From the NCBI GenBank assembly GCA_963782115.1, contig CAWAIK010000001.1, positions 384,001-448,000 on the forward strand: DNA of 64,000 nucleotides, written 5' to 3'. The notes under the pieces were generated by a model that saw only the letters and a list, made by a program, of their open reading frames with translations, was not told the DNA's origin and ran no database searches. Position 1 is the first letter of the stretch. Every line of letters begins with the position of its first letter. A program made the position numbers and the translations under genes. The stretch is from an uncultured Verrucomicrobiae bacterium (GTDB lineage: Bacteria; Verrucomicrobiota; Verrucomicrobiia; Chthoniobacterales; JAFAMB01). Shown one piece after another: positions 10,037 to 20,231 of this stretch.

Positions 10037-10305
10037 ACCCCGAAGGGGTCAAGCGGACTAAGAAGCCCAGGGTTCAACCTGGTTTCAACCCGGGGTTTCA
10101 ACCTGGTTTCAACCCTGGGAACCCATCGTCCTCGGCGACGCGCCCTGCAGGGGCGCCAGATTCAGCGTGCCAAACAACAAAAAAATATAGCTAATGGAGT
10201 AATGGTAGATCTCTCGTCCCTTCAGGGCAAAACCTTTCATTGGGTGGTTCCCTGGGTTGAAACCGGGTTGAAACCCTGAGTTGAGTCCCACAGCCCCTTC
10301 GGGGC
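10037..10305. repeat. REP/MITE-like inverted-repeat element with internal GGTTTCAACC tandem units
   Basis: CCCCGAAGGGG...CCCAGGGTTCAACCTGGTTTCAACCCGGGGTTTCAACCTGGTTTCAACCCTGGGAAC...CCCTGCAGGG mirrored by CCCTTCAGGGC...GTTCCCTGGGTTGAAACCGGGTTGAAACCCTG...GCCCCTTCGGGGC. Confidence 0.75.
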
Positions 10306-10447
10306 ATTGACATCCCAAATCCTCCTTCCTTCAGACTCGACAAGCAAACAGACTTGAGCTCTTATAGGACCCATCCTGAAAAGCAAAAGAGCCAAGCGTG
10401 CGTCCCAGAGGTATTATGTTGCGGACATCTATCCTCTCCATAACCTT

Positions 10448-11281
10448 TTGTCCGCGGCTCATCACATGTCGGAGAGCTCCCTAAGGGTCGCGAGGTACAT
10501 TGTGGAAAACCCCCAGGATGTCGCGTCGATGTCGATTGGAGAGCTGGCGAAAGCAAGTGGATCCAGTAAGACTGCTGTCGTTCGAGTCAGTAAGCTAAGC
10601 GGTTATCAAGGATATCGTGGATTGCGAGCTGCGTTGATAGAGAATCGAGGCGTTTTGCGCGGCGCGCAGTTGATCGGCGCCACCTCGGAGTCCGGCTCGG
10701 AGGAGCCTGGCAACCTCGCGCATCTCGCGCGTGGAGTCGTAAAAATCAATATCGAAGTGCTGCAGGACACCCTTACTCTGTTAGATGAAGGGACGCTGCT
10801 CCGCGCGGCGGACACTATTTTGTGTGCGAAACATGTTTTCTTGGTTGGGTTCGGTACTTCAGCGCCCGTGGTTCAAGATGCTTATCAGCGCTTTTTAATG
10901 CTCCGGGTTCCTTCGTCTACTTGCTCGGACGCTCACGTTTTGGCCGAAATTGTCGGAAATATGGGACTGGACGATTTGCTCTTCTGCATCTCCTACAGCG
11001 GCGCCAGTAGCGACATTATCGAAGCGATGAAAACTGCCAAACAACGCAAGACGCGCACCATGACGCTGACCAGCGAGCCCAAATCGGCTGCGGCAGAGCT
11101 CTCAGACACGGTTCTGATTTCTGCAGTGGGGAGGACACCGCTAATCGCCGAGACCGTCGCCACGCGCGTTGCCCAATTCGTAGTCATCGACATCATTTGC
11201 GCAATCATCGCCCTGAGAAAAAAGAGGGAGTTCGATGAATCGACCGAAAGAATTACCACCGAACCTATTAGCAAGAGATGA
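10448..11281 (+). CDS. MurR/RpiR-family transcriptional regulator (HTH + SIS)
   Basis: MSIGELAKASGSSKTAVVRVSKLSGYQGY HTH, LVGFGTS and ISYSGAS SIS motifs. Start uncertain. Confidence 0.9.
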   Translation: MSAAHHMSESSLRVARYIVENPQDVASMSIGELAKASGSSKTAVVRVSKLSGYQGYRGLRAALIENRGVLRGAQLIGATSESGSEEPGNLAHLARGVVKINIEVLQDTLTLLDEGTLLRAADTILCAKHVFLVGFGTSAPVVQDAYQRFLMLRVPSSTCSDAHVLAEIVGNMGLDDLLFCISYSGASSDIIEAMKTAKQRKTRTMTLTSEPKSAAAELSDTVLISAVGRTPLIAETVATRVAQFVVIDIICAIIALRKKREFDESTERITTEPISKR

Positions 11282-11290
11282 ATATGAATT

Positions 11291-11868
11291 TCATAGGTGC
11301 AGTATTTTCTGGATGCAAAGAGAGTGAGAAGCCGAATCCGCGAGCGCTGCTGAGCATGTAACGGCAGTCGCGTCTAACAAATGCTTCCTTATTGTCCGGT
11401 CGGCGGATTTTTCATTGGCTACAGCCCTCTTTTTTCGCAGGGCCTTTTCGATGGTGCGGGGATGCAGAACAACGTCTAAGCGTCTTCGAACTTTTTGAGC
11501 CAGTACGGTGGCTTTAACCCCGGGTTCCGAGGCAACAAGCTCCTCCAGATACAAGCGGACTTTAGGCGTCAGTTTGCGGGCCTTTTTTGGACCACGTTTT
11601 TTGGGTAGAAGACCTCCGAATCCTTCTTGCCGAAGTTTTCCTGCGCCTCATAGATGGTGGGCCGCGAGAGCCCAAAATCCACGGATGCCTGGGCGATCGG
11701 ACGCCCATCGACCTCGACAGCCCGAATTGTCTCGTATTTGAGCTGAACCAGATCAAGGGGATCAAAGAAGCCATTTTCGGCGAACAAGGGATGGCGCACT
11801 TTTTGCCGATGGCGGTTGAGAGCGCCAGAGGAGCGCAACGCTTGAATTTTGCTGCAGTTCGGCGGCAT
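11291..11868 (-). pseudogene. HTH protein of the type found ahead of serine-recombinase elements, frameshifted
   Basis: GALNRHRQKVRHPLFAENGFFDPLDLVQLKYETIR...FGLSRPTIYEAQ, continuing after a shift as GLLPKKRGPKKARKLT...LHPRTIEKAL. Confidence 0.75.
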
Positions 11869-12220
11869 AATCGAATGAGTGTAAAGTCAATTAAACCGCG
11901 CGGTAAATCGCTTGATGCGACATGACAGCCAAAAATACCATCGAATCTAAGCATTTCAACCGCTGAATGGCTCATTTTGATTATAAATGCAGAAGCGAAA
12001 CATTCCGTATGGCGGGGTATTGTACTTTACAAAACCGGCTTAATTTTCCTTTTGGGAACCGCGCTTTGGAGATCCTCCTCAGTCTGAGCAATCCACGGAT
12101 CGCCAGATTTCGGCGGTTAGATTCAGCCAGCCATGCTGGGCCGGAGTGAGTTCAGCGATTGGATTGATCGGGCCACCATTCGATCCGGAGTCGTGACTAC
12201 AGCTTCGGGAAGCTCACGGA

Positions 12221-12656
12221 TTAACAGAGTTGTCCCGGTGTTCGAAAGGACGAAGCTTGCGAACGGACATTTGTCTCAAGCAGGACGTACCGCTTGATTG
12301 TCGCAAATGCCTGATTCCAAGTGGCGAACGTCTGAGAGTCCGGCAACAAATAGTGGAACACGTTCTCGCTCGGACCGACGATAATCACACCTTTGTCTTG
12401 AGCCAATGCTAAGTCCAAACTCAACGTGGCTGCCTCCGGTCGCCAGGACCGTGTTCGGTCTCTCCGTAAAAATGATAACCGAATCAGCTGCCATGAGGTC
12501 TTGACAATCTGCTCGGGCGATCCCGGAGCTCCATTTAGGCTTCGTCCGGAAGTCCAGCCATCGGGACGTCACAGTGTCGCCGATCGAAAGCAGTTGTTCG
12601 CGGTATCTGCAAAGTTCCGCACGGCGAGCGTATCTAGCCGCTAAATGGTATCGCAT
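12221..12656 (-). pseudogene. Nucleoside 2-deoxyribosyltransferase-like protein (phage/MGE type), frameshifted
   Basis: YHLAARYARRAEL, VTSRWL, DCQDLMAADSVIIFTE and GGSHVEFG, then in a shifted frame LAQDKGVIIVGPSENVFHYL. Confidence 0.65.
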
Positions 12657-13247
12657 ATCCTGATTTTGAATGGAACGCCCTGAAAAAAAAGGAGAACCCG
12701 TTCTTTTGCCAAGAAAAATGAATGGCTCCGGATTGGGTCGAACTCCTCACCAAACAGGGCCCTGAAACGTGATTAAATTGCGTCGACCGGCTTCACATGC
12801 AATTAGGAATACGGAGTCGAGGCTAAGTAAGGCCGACTTGCCGGAGCATTATAATAGGGGACGAGGATGGTATCATCCTTTACACTCTAGTTCCTCGAAA
12901 AAAGACACGAAAAATTGCTTAATCGGAGATAATGGTGCGTTGCAATGGATTTCGTGCGCTTTGTGTTTATTGCGGTTTTGCCTTGGAGAGAGTGAATAGA
13001 AAAAAGGAGCAAAATCGACGGTCAGCTAAGAGGATGTCGCGCCGGATTGAGGTGAGGCCAAAGTTGTCGAAAAAGCTGGCCTTCGTGGATCCGTAAAGTC
13101 CCGCGCGCGACCTCCAGAAACACCGCTGGCCAGGCAGAAAAGCCCACCAGATTCATGATCGGGAAAACCGCATCCTGGCTTTTGGCTCCTTGACTGGGGA
13201 TAGAGCTTCTGATTTTGGGCCCTATCGGGCAACGAGCAGCAGTCCTA

Positions 13248-13543
13248 TGATCGATCGAATTCTATCTCCCAAAGAGTTGCGCCAACTCCAGGAACGTTAT
13301 CAAAAGCTCCAATCCGAAATCGCCCAGTTAGGTTGGATCGCTCAAGGTAGCCTGATGCACAAAGAGCTCAACGCCTGGCGCCTGACTCGAAAAATTAAGG
13401 CTAAGACTACCACCCTGGCTCTGTCTCAAACACAGGCCAGCCTCTTTGCACAAGCCATCGCCAATCACCGCCGGCTCGAAGAACTTCTCCAACAAATGCG
13501 TGATCTCAGCCAAATCGTCCTCGGCTTCGACTCCCGGCGTTAA
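13248..13543 (+). CDS. DUF6788-like IS accessory protein
   Basis: RYQKLQSEIAQLGWIAQGSL...WRLTRKIKAKTTTLALS...AIANHRRLEELLQQMRDLS, followed by an IS-like end. Confidence 0.6.
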
Positions 13544-13575
13544 AAAACGCCTCGCCAAAAACATCCCAAACCACC

Positions 13576-13628
13576 CTTAACTTAGCGCCGTTCGGGGTCA
13601 GACACGGGGTCAGACACCGAATGGCGAC
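13576..13628. repeat. IS-like end, tandem GGGGTCAGACAC x2, and start of a second IS-like end
   Basis: CTTAACTTAGCGCCGTTC (13576-13593), GGGGTCAGACAC (13594-13605 and 13606-13617), C, GAATGGCG (13619). Confidence 0.75.
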
Positions 13629-13736
13629 ACCCACAAAACGTATAACGGCGAAATTTCTCAATCGCCTGCTCTTGTCTTGAAGAAAATCGCCTATTTATAT
13701 AATGTTATGCCATACCCATCAAACCTTAGCCAGAGA

Positions 13737-14000
13737 TTAAGCAGGAGGAAGCGAACGGTTCCAATGGATAGAGCCGGCAACTAGGAATATCCAACCTAAT
13801 AAAAAACTGGTAGTACCGCCAATGATAGATAAACCATTCTCGAAAGAAACAGCGTTCCCGGCACATACTTGATGTTTACTTATCAGGGATAGGAACCCTA
13901 AAAGGGTAAACCCGAGCGGGAGGATCACTATGCTTATGCGCGCAGCCGTTCTTCCCAGGCTATTCTTCCGCGCAACGGCGTCATTTGTTTTCATTTTCAT
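13737..14000 (-). CDS. Small hypothetical membrane protein (two hydrophobic segments)
   Basis: 87-aa ORF with two hydrophobic stretches in AT-richer DNA. Confidence 0.4.
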   Translation of the reverse strand: MKMKTNDAVARKNSLGRTAARISIVILPLGFTLLGFLSLISKHQVCAGNAVSFENGLSIIGGTTSFLLGWIFLVAGSIHWNRSLPPA

Positions 14001-14361
14001 CTTGTTTTGTCTTCCTGTTCTTCAGCGCGATCAGCCGACTGTTGGAGTCATCCAAACATCGCATCATGTGGCTTCAGCTATTCATACCGGAAGGAAAGCG
14101 AAATTATTCCCGCGAGCGCAACTGCAACATTTAGAAGGGATTCTTTGGATCCTTTCCTTTGTGATCTTCTGTGGAAAATAATTCTTGCAATCTCTCGCGC
14201 GCTAAATATTCCTCGCTATTCCCGAAATGAGGACGATGTTCACGGCTCGCAGATTTCTTAGTGAGTCTGAAAATCTGTCGGTTTTTCAGTTATCCAAACC
14301 AAAAAGCCCGCCGGCGCGAATCCGGCTACTGGGCCGCACTTAAGATCCAAAGTACGAATAG

Positions 14362-15114
14362 ATGAAAAAGTTAGACCCGAGTGAGCGCCAAAGCTTGAGC
14401 GAACGACCAATTTCTTTCGGGCTGGCGGAAAGACAACGTTTAGCGGAAGCAGCACGGCAGGCAGAGATTGCAAATCCCTCCGTAAAGAAATTGCTTCCAG
14501 AACTCCAGTCCACTGCTGAGCAATCTTTTAACAGATTGATCGAGGAATTTTCAAAACTACTAAAGCGACATCAAGATATCATTGAGCTTGAATTGGCACT
14601 CCAACTCGCCAACGACGAGATCATTCAACTGAACGATGACCGCTCAAGTAACCCGGAGAGGTTGGCGCTGAAAAATAGCGAGGCGAGAAACAAAGCTCGC
14701 TCGAAAGCCAACCAGTTGCAAGCTGCCCGAGACCTGGAAGCTAATGCTCTTTCATCAATACCGATTCCGAAAACATGCCTCGAACTCGAACGATGGCGTC
14801 ATGGGCTGCAACAGGCAATTGCCAGCTTCGCGCGCAGCGAGATCAAACATAATACGGAGCGCAGCGCTGTTGAGATGACTGAAGCAATTCTGTCGGAATC
14901 CGTGGCGAAAGATCCGCGGGTCACAGAGCTTTCTCAGAACTCGCGACTGCATCGCAACGCCAAGTCATCCTTTCAACAGGCTGCTGAAGCCATGGATCTG
15001 CTTAAGGAAAAGTTTCATTTCCTTCAGGCTCATCACGAAAAGATCTCGCAATTAATCGATCACGATTTCCAGGCCAAGTTTTGCAGCTGGGAGTGGCAAC
15101 GGATTTGGAATTGA
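14362..15114 (+). CDS. Hypothetical alpha-helical/coiled-coil protein
   Basis: 250-aa ATG ORF rich in E/Q/L/A. No family recognised. Confidence 0.55.
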   Translation: MKKLDPSERQSLSERPISFGLAERQRLAEAARQAEIANPSVKKLLPELQSTAEQSFNRLIEEFSKLLKRHQDIIELELALQLANDEIIQLNDDRSSNPERLALKNSEARNKARSKANQLQAARDLEANALSSIPIPKTCLELERWRHGLQQAIASFARSEIKHNTERSAVEMTEAILSESVAKDPRVTELSQNSRLHRNAKSSFQQAAEAMDLLKEKFHFLQAHHEKISQLIDHDFQAKFCSWEWQRIWN

Positions 15115-15143
15115 CCGGACCTTCTCTTTGGACCATTCCCGAA

Positions 15144-15500
15144 TCAGAGGCGTTGGAAATGTGTGTCGTGGAAGCGGGTCGGATACTTGAGACCAAACCC
15201 AAGGAGGCGATCCACGCCAATATGGGCGGTCCAAATCAGGCCGTAGGGGAGCAACCAGAGTTGCTTGTAAAAGATCGAAAGGGAAATGAGCAGCAGGGGT
15301 ACGACCAGCACGTGGAACAAGTTATAAAGAGCGGTCCCAAACTGTACGCCCAAATAATAGCCCAACATCGAAAGATCTGGTGCCAAGACCAACACGACAA
15401 ACAGGACCCAACTGCCTCGTAATTCTCCGTAAAGCAGCAGGCTTGCGCCAAATACGATGCCACCTTCAGCGCGAAGAAGTAAATTCGGACGGGTAAGCAC
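15144..15500 (-). CDS. DUF4260-family membrane protein
   Basis: LLLRAEG, LAPDLSMLGY, YNLFH and WTAHIGVDRLLGFGLKY...FHDTH motifs. GTG start at 15500. Confidence 0.88.
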   Translation of the reverse strand: MLTRPNLLLRAEGGIVFGASLLLYGELRGSWVLFVVLVLAPDLSMLGYYLGVQFGTALYNLFHVLVVPLLLISLSIFYKQLWLLPYGLIWTAHIGVDRLLGFGLKYPTRFHDTHFQRL

Positions 15501-15629
15501 TCGCCAAACATAGCACAAGTCACGCAACTCCAGCGAAGCACAATTGCCAACTTCACGACCACCATGCGGTTTGAGCCTTCGGCCGCCCGGAATCACTACC
15601 CAGAAGTAAGAAACATGTCGGCCGTGGCA

Positions 15630-15845
15630 AAAAGCCATAATAGCAGCCGAGGCTCATCCAAGGATTTTGAGGTATGCTGACAAGGTTAGTTGGCCCATCA
15701 CTTGGCGTCTACTCGCCAAAATCATCATGAAACACATCACCGGCGCCGCCGTAACCCCGTTAATTCATTGCAGCCCACCCAAGCGCTTTGAAGGATCTAC
15801 GTTCGTGAAGTTCAGAGCCAGTCCGACCAGGCTCCCCAGTGCGGG
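15630..15845 (-). pseudogene. NRAMP-family metal transporter C-terminal remnant
   Basis: Hand translation LVGLALNFTNVDP...*INGVTAAPVMCFMMILASRRQVMGQLTLSAYLKILG* with stops, cut by the adjacent DUF4338 element. Confidence 0.55.
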
Positions 15846-15909
15846 CGCATCTCCGGTTTGTTAAACTTTTTGCTGACCTACTTCTCTTTTTTATGGAAGA
15901 AAGAGCTGC

Positions 15910-16759
15910 ATGTTGCGGCCGGTGATCTGTCAGGGACGAAGGATATCACCCGAAGAACTAGAATGGTTGCGTGGATGGATAGTAACGCATGGGGATTGGA
16001 GTCGGAAGCGCTTGGCGCGGGAGCTGTGCGTATTGTGGGATTGGCGCAACGGCGTGGGGCGGCTGAAGGATTTTGCGGCACGCAGTTTTCTGTGCAAGCT
16101 AGCCGAGCGCGGACTGATCGAACTGCCGCCGGTGCGAGAATACAAAAGGAGTGGAGCGCAAAGGCTTGGGTGGGTGAAGGGAGATTTTGAGCACACACCG
16201 GAGCCACTCTGCGCGGAGTTGAAGCGACTACGGCCTGTCGAGCTCGATTGGGTGGAAGCCAGCAGCGAGGGGGCGCGGCGAGTAGCATTTTATTTAGATC
16301 GTTACCCACTATTTGGGATGGCACGTAGTGGGGCAAAACATCGGGTATCTGGCCCGAGATAGCTCAGGGCGGGATTTAGCTGTGCTCCTGTTTGGGGCTG
16401 CGGCTTGGCGCTGCGCAGCGCGCGATCGGTACTTGAACTGGAGCGAATCAGAGCATCTGGTTGGACTTCAGCGGATAGCCAACAACAGCCGGTTTTTGAT
16501 TTTGCCACATGTGCGGGTACCGCATCTAGCCAGTCATCTGCTGGCTTTGGTAGCGCGACGAATCAGTGGGGACTGGCAACAAAAATACGGACATGGCTTG
16601 GATTGGCTGGAGAGCTTTGTGGAGCTGGGACGTTTTCGCGGTACCTGTTATCAGGCCGCCAACTGGCGTTGTGTTGGCCAAACGCGTGGTCGCAGCCGCT
16701 ACGACCGCGACCGGACTCTGAGCGTGCCGCCCAAAGCAGTTTATCTCTACCGGCTCTAG
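15910..16759 (+). pseudogene. DUF4338 (DruA-like) transposon accessory protein, frameshifted near 16305
   Basis: WSRKRLARELCVLWDWRN...LAERGLIELP, then GQNIGYL, FGAAAWRCAARDRYLNW, NNSRFLILPHVRVPHLASHLL and GTCYQAANWRCVGQTRGRSR. Confidence 0.88.
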
Positions 16760-16866
16760 ATGAAGGTCCTACTGGGAGTTGAAGCTCAAACCCTAGCCGA
16801 AGGCCGCGAGTGGACCCGTCAGCGGTTGGAGGAGCGGCTCCAAGCGCAGGCCGATCAAATCGGGAT
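16760..16866 (+). pseudogene. Short fragment of an ISKra4-like transposase N-terminus
   Basis: VEAQTLAEGREWTRQRLEERLQAQADQIG, cut just before the first GGGACAGGTC motif. Confidence 0.45.
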
Positions 16867-16966
16867 CGGATTATTGGGGACAGGTCAGATAAGCGGACAG
16901 ACAAACGCGACGCCCTTCGATCCGGGCCTCCAAGGAGATCCCAGCGTCCAGGGATCCCAGCCTCCA

Positions 16967-17137
16967 GGGACAGGTCAAATATCAATCCTGGTTTTGGGGT
17001 GGCTGTTTGCGCTCACTGTCGGACAACCCGCAGAGAAAGCGGTCAGTGTCAGCGGCAGAGAAGGGTCGGTTCATCAGACTGAGCTGGGGCCGCCGCTGAG
17101 AGTTTTCGGGTCTCGATCCAAATACTTGACCTGTCCC
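16967..17137. mobile_element. ~170 bp REPIN/MITE-like cassette, copy 1
   Basis: Ends GGGACAGGTCAAATAT...ATACTTGACCTGTCCC. Interior homologous to 19631-19796 and 20232-20404. Confidence 0.85.
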
Positions 17138-17766
17138 TATGATTGCCCCTTCTCGTCCCTATGATTGCCTCTTCTCGATCAGCGACCCTTCGCCCTTCTT
17201 TGGACGGTGTCTCATAATTGGGGACAGGTCAGAATGGCGCGAAGATAAGGCACATTTAGGAGCGATTCTTCGGACGGTTTCGGTGTGGTGCGGTGCGCAT
17301 TTGATGGCGAGGTTTGGTAAGTAGTTGATAGTTTTTCGGGTGCCGTTTTCGAGCTCGAGGTTCGCAGCGGTGGGGACGGAGTGGGACCAAATCGGAGGCG
17401 ATGGTACGTAGCAGAGCGTCGAAGAGCAGGGCCTGTTTACGAGGCCTGCGGTGAGTAGCATAGATGGCGTCTGCGAAATGGTGGAGGCTATCCAGCGAAC
17501 CTTTGAAGGGGATGAGATTGGGGACAGGTCAGTGGGACAGGTCAAAAGGCGAAAATTTAATGGGGACAGGCGAAAATTTAATGGGGACAGGTCAGATCGC
17601 TGCAACTACGCGGCCGCAACCGTTAGCGTCAGGAACTTAAGATTTTCTACCGGCATGGGTCTTCTAGATCAGCGACCCTTGGCTCCTCTTTGGACTGTTC
17701 GATATTTTGACCTGTCCCCTGCACTGTCCTGCCATTCACGGCGACAGGTCAGATGGCACAACTAAC

Positions 17767-18095
17767 GTAAGCGCACCGCCACCTCATCTGGCGGCTTGGC
17801 GCATTTTTTGGTCAAGTGGGGCGATGGAAGAACAAGGTGAGCTGTCGCCATCGAACACAACCTAAAGGCGAGGAGGTCAAGCGACTGATCGATGAATTTG
17901 AAGCGAGCGGATTGAGCTCGACCGCGTTCTGCCGGAGCCGGGGTCTGGCGCCGAGCACGCTGCAGCGACATCTGCGTGTGAGGCGGCTGGGAAGTGAGAG
18001 TCGAAGTCCGGGATGTCGCTTGGTCTGTGAGCGTCGCCCCGAGGTTAAACCGAAGGCCGGGGAGACGCAACTGGAGGTTTTGCTGTCGGGAGGAG
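17767..18095 (+). mobile_element. IS66-family left end with tnpA remnant
   Basis: Begins GTAAGCG. Encodes EEVKRLIDEFEASGLSSTAFCRSRGLAPSTLQRH...LEVLL. Confidence 0.7.
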
Positions 18096-18273
18096 TCCTT
18101 TTTTTTGATCGGATTCTTTATCCGTATCATCCCTGTTTTAAACAAACTTTTGAAATGTTTTGGATCCGCTGGAAGTCTACGAGATTCTGTTCCAAACACA
18201 GGGACAGGTCAAATATTGAGCTGATATCGATTTTATGCTACACTTTTATTTAATGTTATGTAAACTCCGGTGC

Positions 18274-19278
18274 ATGCGTTTCCCACGAGTCAAAGCCGAG
18301 GGTCAGAGTTTTTACCACTGCATCTCGAGAACCGTTGAGGGCCGCTTTATCTTCACCTCTGCTCCCGGGCCTTGTTTTGAGGCCGAGCAATTTCTCTCTC
18401 TGATGCGTCGCCTGGAGGCTTTCAGCGGGGTTCGGGTCCGGACCTACGTTCTGATGGCTAACCATTTCCATCTGCTTTGTGAAGTGCCTGAACCCAAGCC
18501 TTTGACGCAAAGCGAAGTCCTTGAACGCATTCAAGCCGGCTACGGCCCGGAACGGGTGCAGGCCCTCCAGCAGCAATTGGCGCGCTTTGCTGAGCAGCCC
18601 GATGGCCTCGCTCAGAGCAAGCGCTTGCTGGCACCTTATCGCAAGCGCATGAATGACCTCTCGATCTTTATCAAAGAGCTCAAAGGCCGCTTTGCCCAGT
18701 GGTACAACCGCCGCCACGGCCGGTACGGAACTCTGTGGGCCGAGCGCTTTAAAAGCGTTCTGTTGGAAGGGGGCCGGGCCGTGGCCACGGTGGCCGCCTA
18801 CATCGATCTGAACCCGGTTCGGGCGGCTCTGTGTTCGGATCCTAAGGAGTATCGTTACTGCGGTTACGCCGAGGCGCAGGCCAAGGGGTCCGCTCTGGCC
18901 CAGGAAGGAATCAGGGTCATCCTTGATTTGCCCCAGACCACGTGCTGCGAGGAACTCAGCAGAGAATATCGCAAGCACCTGTTTTTGAGAGGCGCTACTG
19001 CAACCGAGTACAACCCGCCGGCCTTTGAACTAGCCAAGGCCCAAGAGGTCGTCGAGCAGGAGAACGGCGAACTCTCGCCCCAGGAGCGGCTGCGCTGCAG
19101 AATTCGCTATTTTAGCGACGGAGTCATCCTGGGAAGTCGCTCCTTTGTGGACTCTCACTGTCAGCGACTAAAGCAAAAGATCGGCTACCAGCGCAAAAGC
19201 GGCCCTACCGCCTTAAAGACCCTCGGCCAAGCCACGCTCTGGGTTTTTCGCAATCTGCGAGTCCGAACGTTCGGTTGA
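18274..19278 (+). CDS. RAYT-like HUH (Y1) transposase/nuclease with extended C-terminus
   Basis: YHCISRT, YVLMANHFHLL (HUH), YNRRHGRYGTLWAERFKSVL, AYIDLNPVRA (catalytic Tyr), YRYCGY and RYFSDGVILGS. Intact 334-aa frame. Confidence 0.9.
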   Translation: MRFPRVKAEGQSFYHCISRTVEGRFIFTSAPGPCFEAEQFLSLMRRLEAFSGVRVRTYVLMANHFHLLCEVPEPKPLTQSEVLERIQAGYGPERVQALQQQLARFAEQPDGLAQSKRLLAPYRKRMNDLSIFIKELKGRFAQWYNRRHGRYGTLWAERFKSVLLEGGRAVATVAAYIDLNPVRAALCSDPKEYRYCGYAEAQAKGSALAQEGIRVILDLPQTTCCEELSREYRKHLFLRGATATEYNPPAFELAKAQEVVEQENGELSPQERLRCRIRYFSDGVILGSRSFVDSHCQRLKQKIGYQRKSGPTALKTLGQATLWVFRNLRVRTFG

Positions 19279-19630
19279 CTAAGATTCGTCTGGGCGTCTG
19301 ACTCTCCAACCGCGCAACCGCACTCAACCAAGGGTTTGGAGCAGCGCGGAACTACTGCAACGTTCTCCGTGACGCGATAGCGGCGATCGGTGCATTGCTC
19401 TCGCTACCGGGCTTCGACGCTACGGTGTGCATCGTCTCTCATTTGAAGGTTGACCTACCCTTCTTTGGTCCGCCCATAAATTCGACCTGTCCCTGACGCT
19501 CCGTGATTTTCGACCGTTGCAGGGGTCTTCTCGATCAGCGCCTCTTCGCTCCCCTTTGGACGGTTCAGTATTTGACCTGTCCCTTTGCGACGTTCCCCGT
19601 TTTTGGCTTCCCCCACTCGTCCCGGCCTCC

Positions 19631-19796
19631 AGGACAGGTCGATATTAATCCTGATTTTGGGGCGGCTGTTTGCGCGCATAATCGGGACAACCGTCAAAGA
19701 AAGCTGTCAGTATCAGCGCCAAAGAAGGTCGGTTCTCAGCCTGAGATGGCGCCACTCAGAGTTTTCGGTTCTCGATCCAAATATTTGACCTGTCCC
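19631..19796. mobile_element. ~170 bp REPIN/MITE-like cassette, copy 2
   Basis: AGGACAGGTCGATATTAATCCTG...CTCGATCCAAATATTTGACCTGTCCC. Confidence 0.85.
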
Positions 19797-20231
19797 TCGT
19801 TTTTTTTCCCCTCGTTTTTTTTGAACCGGCGGCCCATTTTCAACGCAACCCTCCGGGCCGCGGCCGGTTGGCTGTTTTTCCGCGTTGCTCGCTCGACCCG
19901 TATGACTCAGATATGGGCGCTTCGCTCGCGCCTTGCAACGGATGTTCCTTGGGAACATGCGTTGCAAAACAGCCAACTGCCCTGCGGAGACATCCCCATT
20001 ATATGCGAGACGGTGCACTAGCTTCTCCCCTCGGTCCGCCCGTAAATTCGACCCGTCCATGCGACTGACGTTCGACCTGTCCTCGTAACTTTCCCATCCA
20101 AAATATTTTGACCTATCCCTAGGATCCGCTGCGGACAGACAAACGCGGCGCCCTTCAATATCTGACCTGTCCCTCGTTTTACCCTCCGCAGCGACGATCC
20201 ATCCCGGCCTCCAGGGACATCCCGGCCTCCA

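Larger units (their letters stand above)
16877..18210. repeat. Left GGGACAGGTC motif field
   Basis: Exact forward copies at 16877, 16967, 17221, 17521, 17534, 17584 and 18201. Exact reverse copies at 17128 and 17709. Degenerate copies at 17563 and 17741. Confidence 0.9.

Noticed and set aside
11274..11305. Third att-like site (GAGATGAATATGAA / GGTGCAGTAT) after RpiR
   Set aside because: Only partial similarity to 9051-9067 and too short to distinguish from chance.
15910..16759. Druantia anti-phage system (DruA)
   Set aside because: A lone frameshifted DUF4338 beside a transposase fragment, with no DruE helicase or other dru genes.
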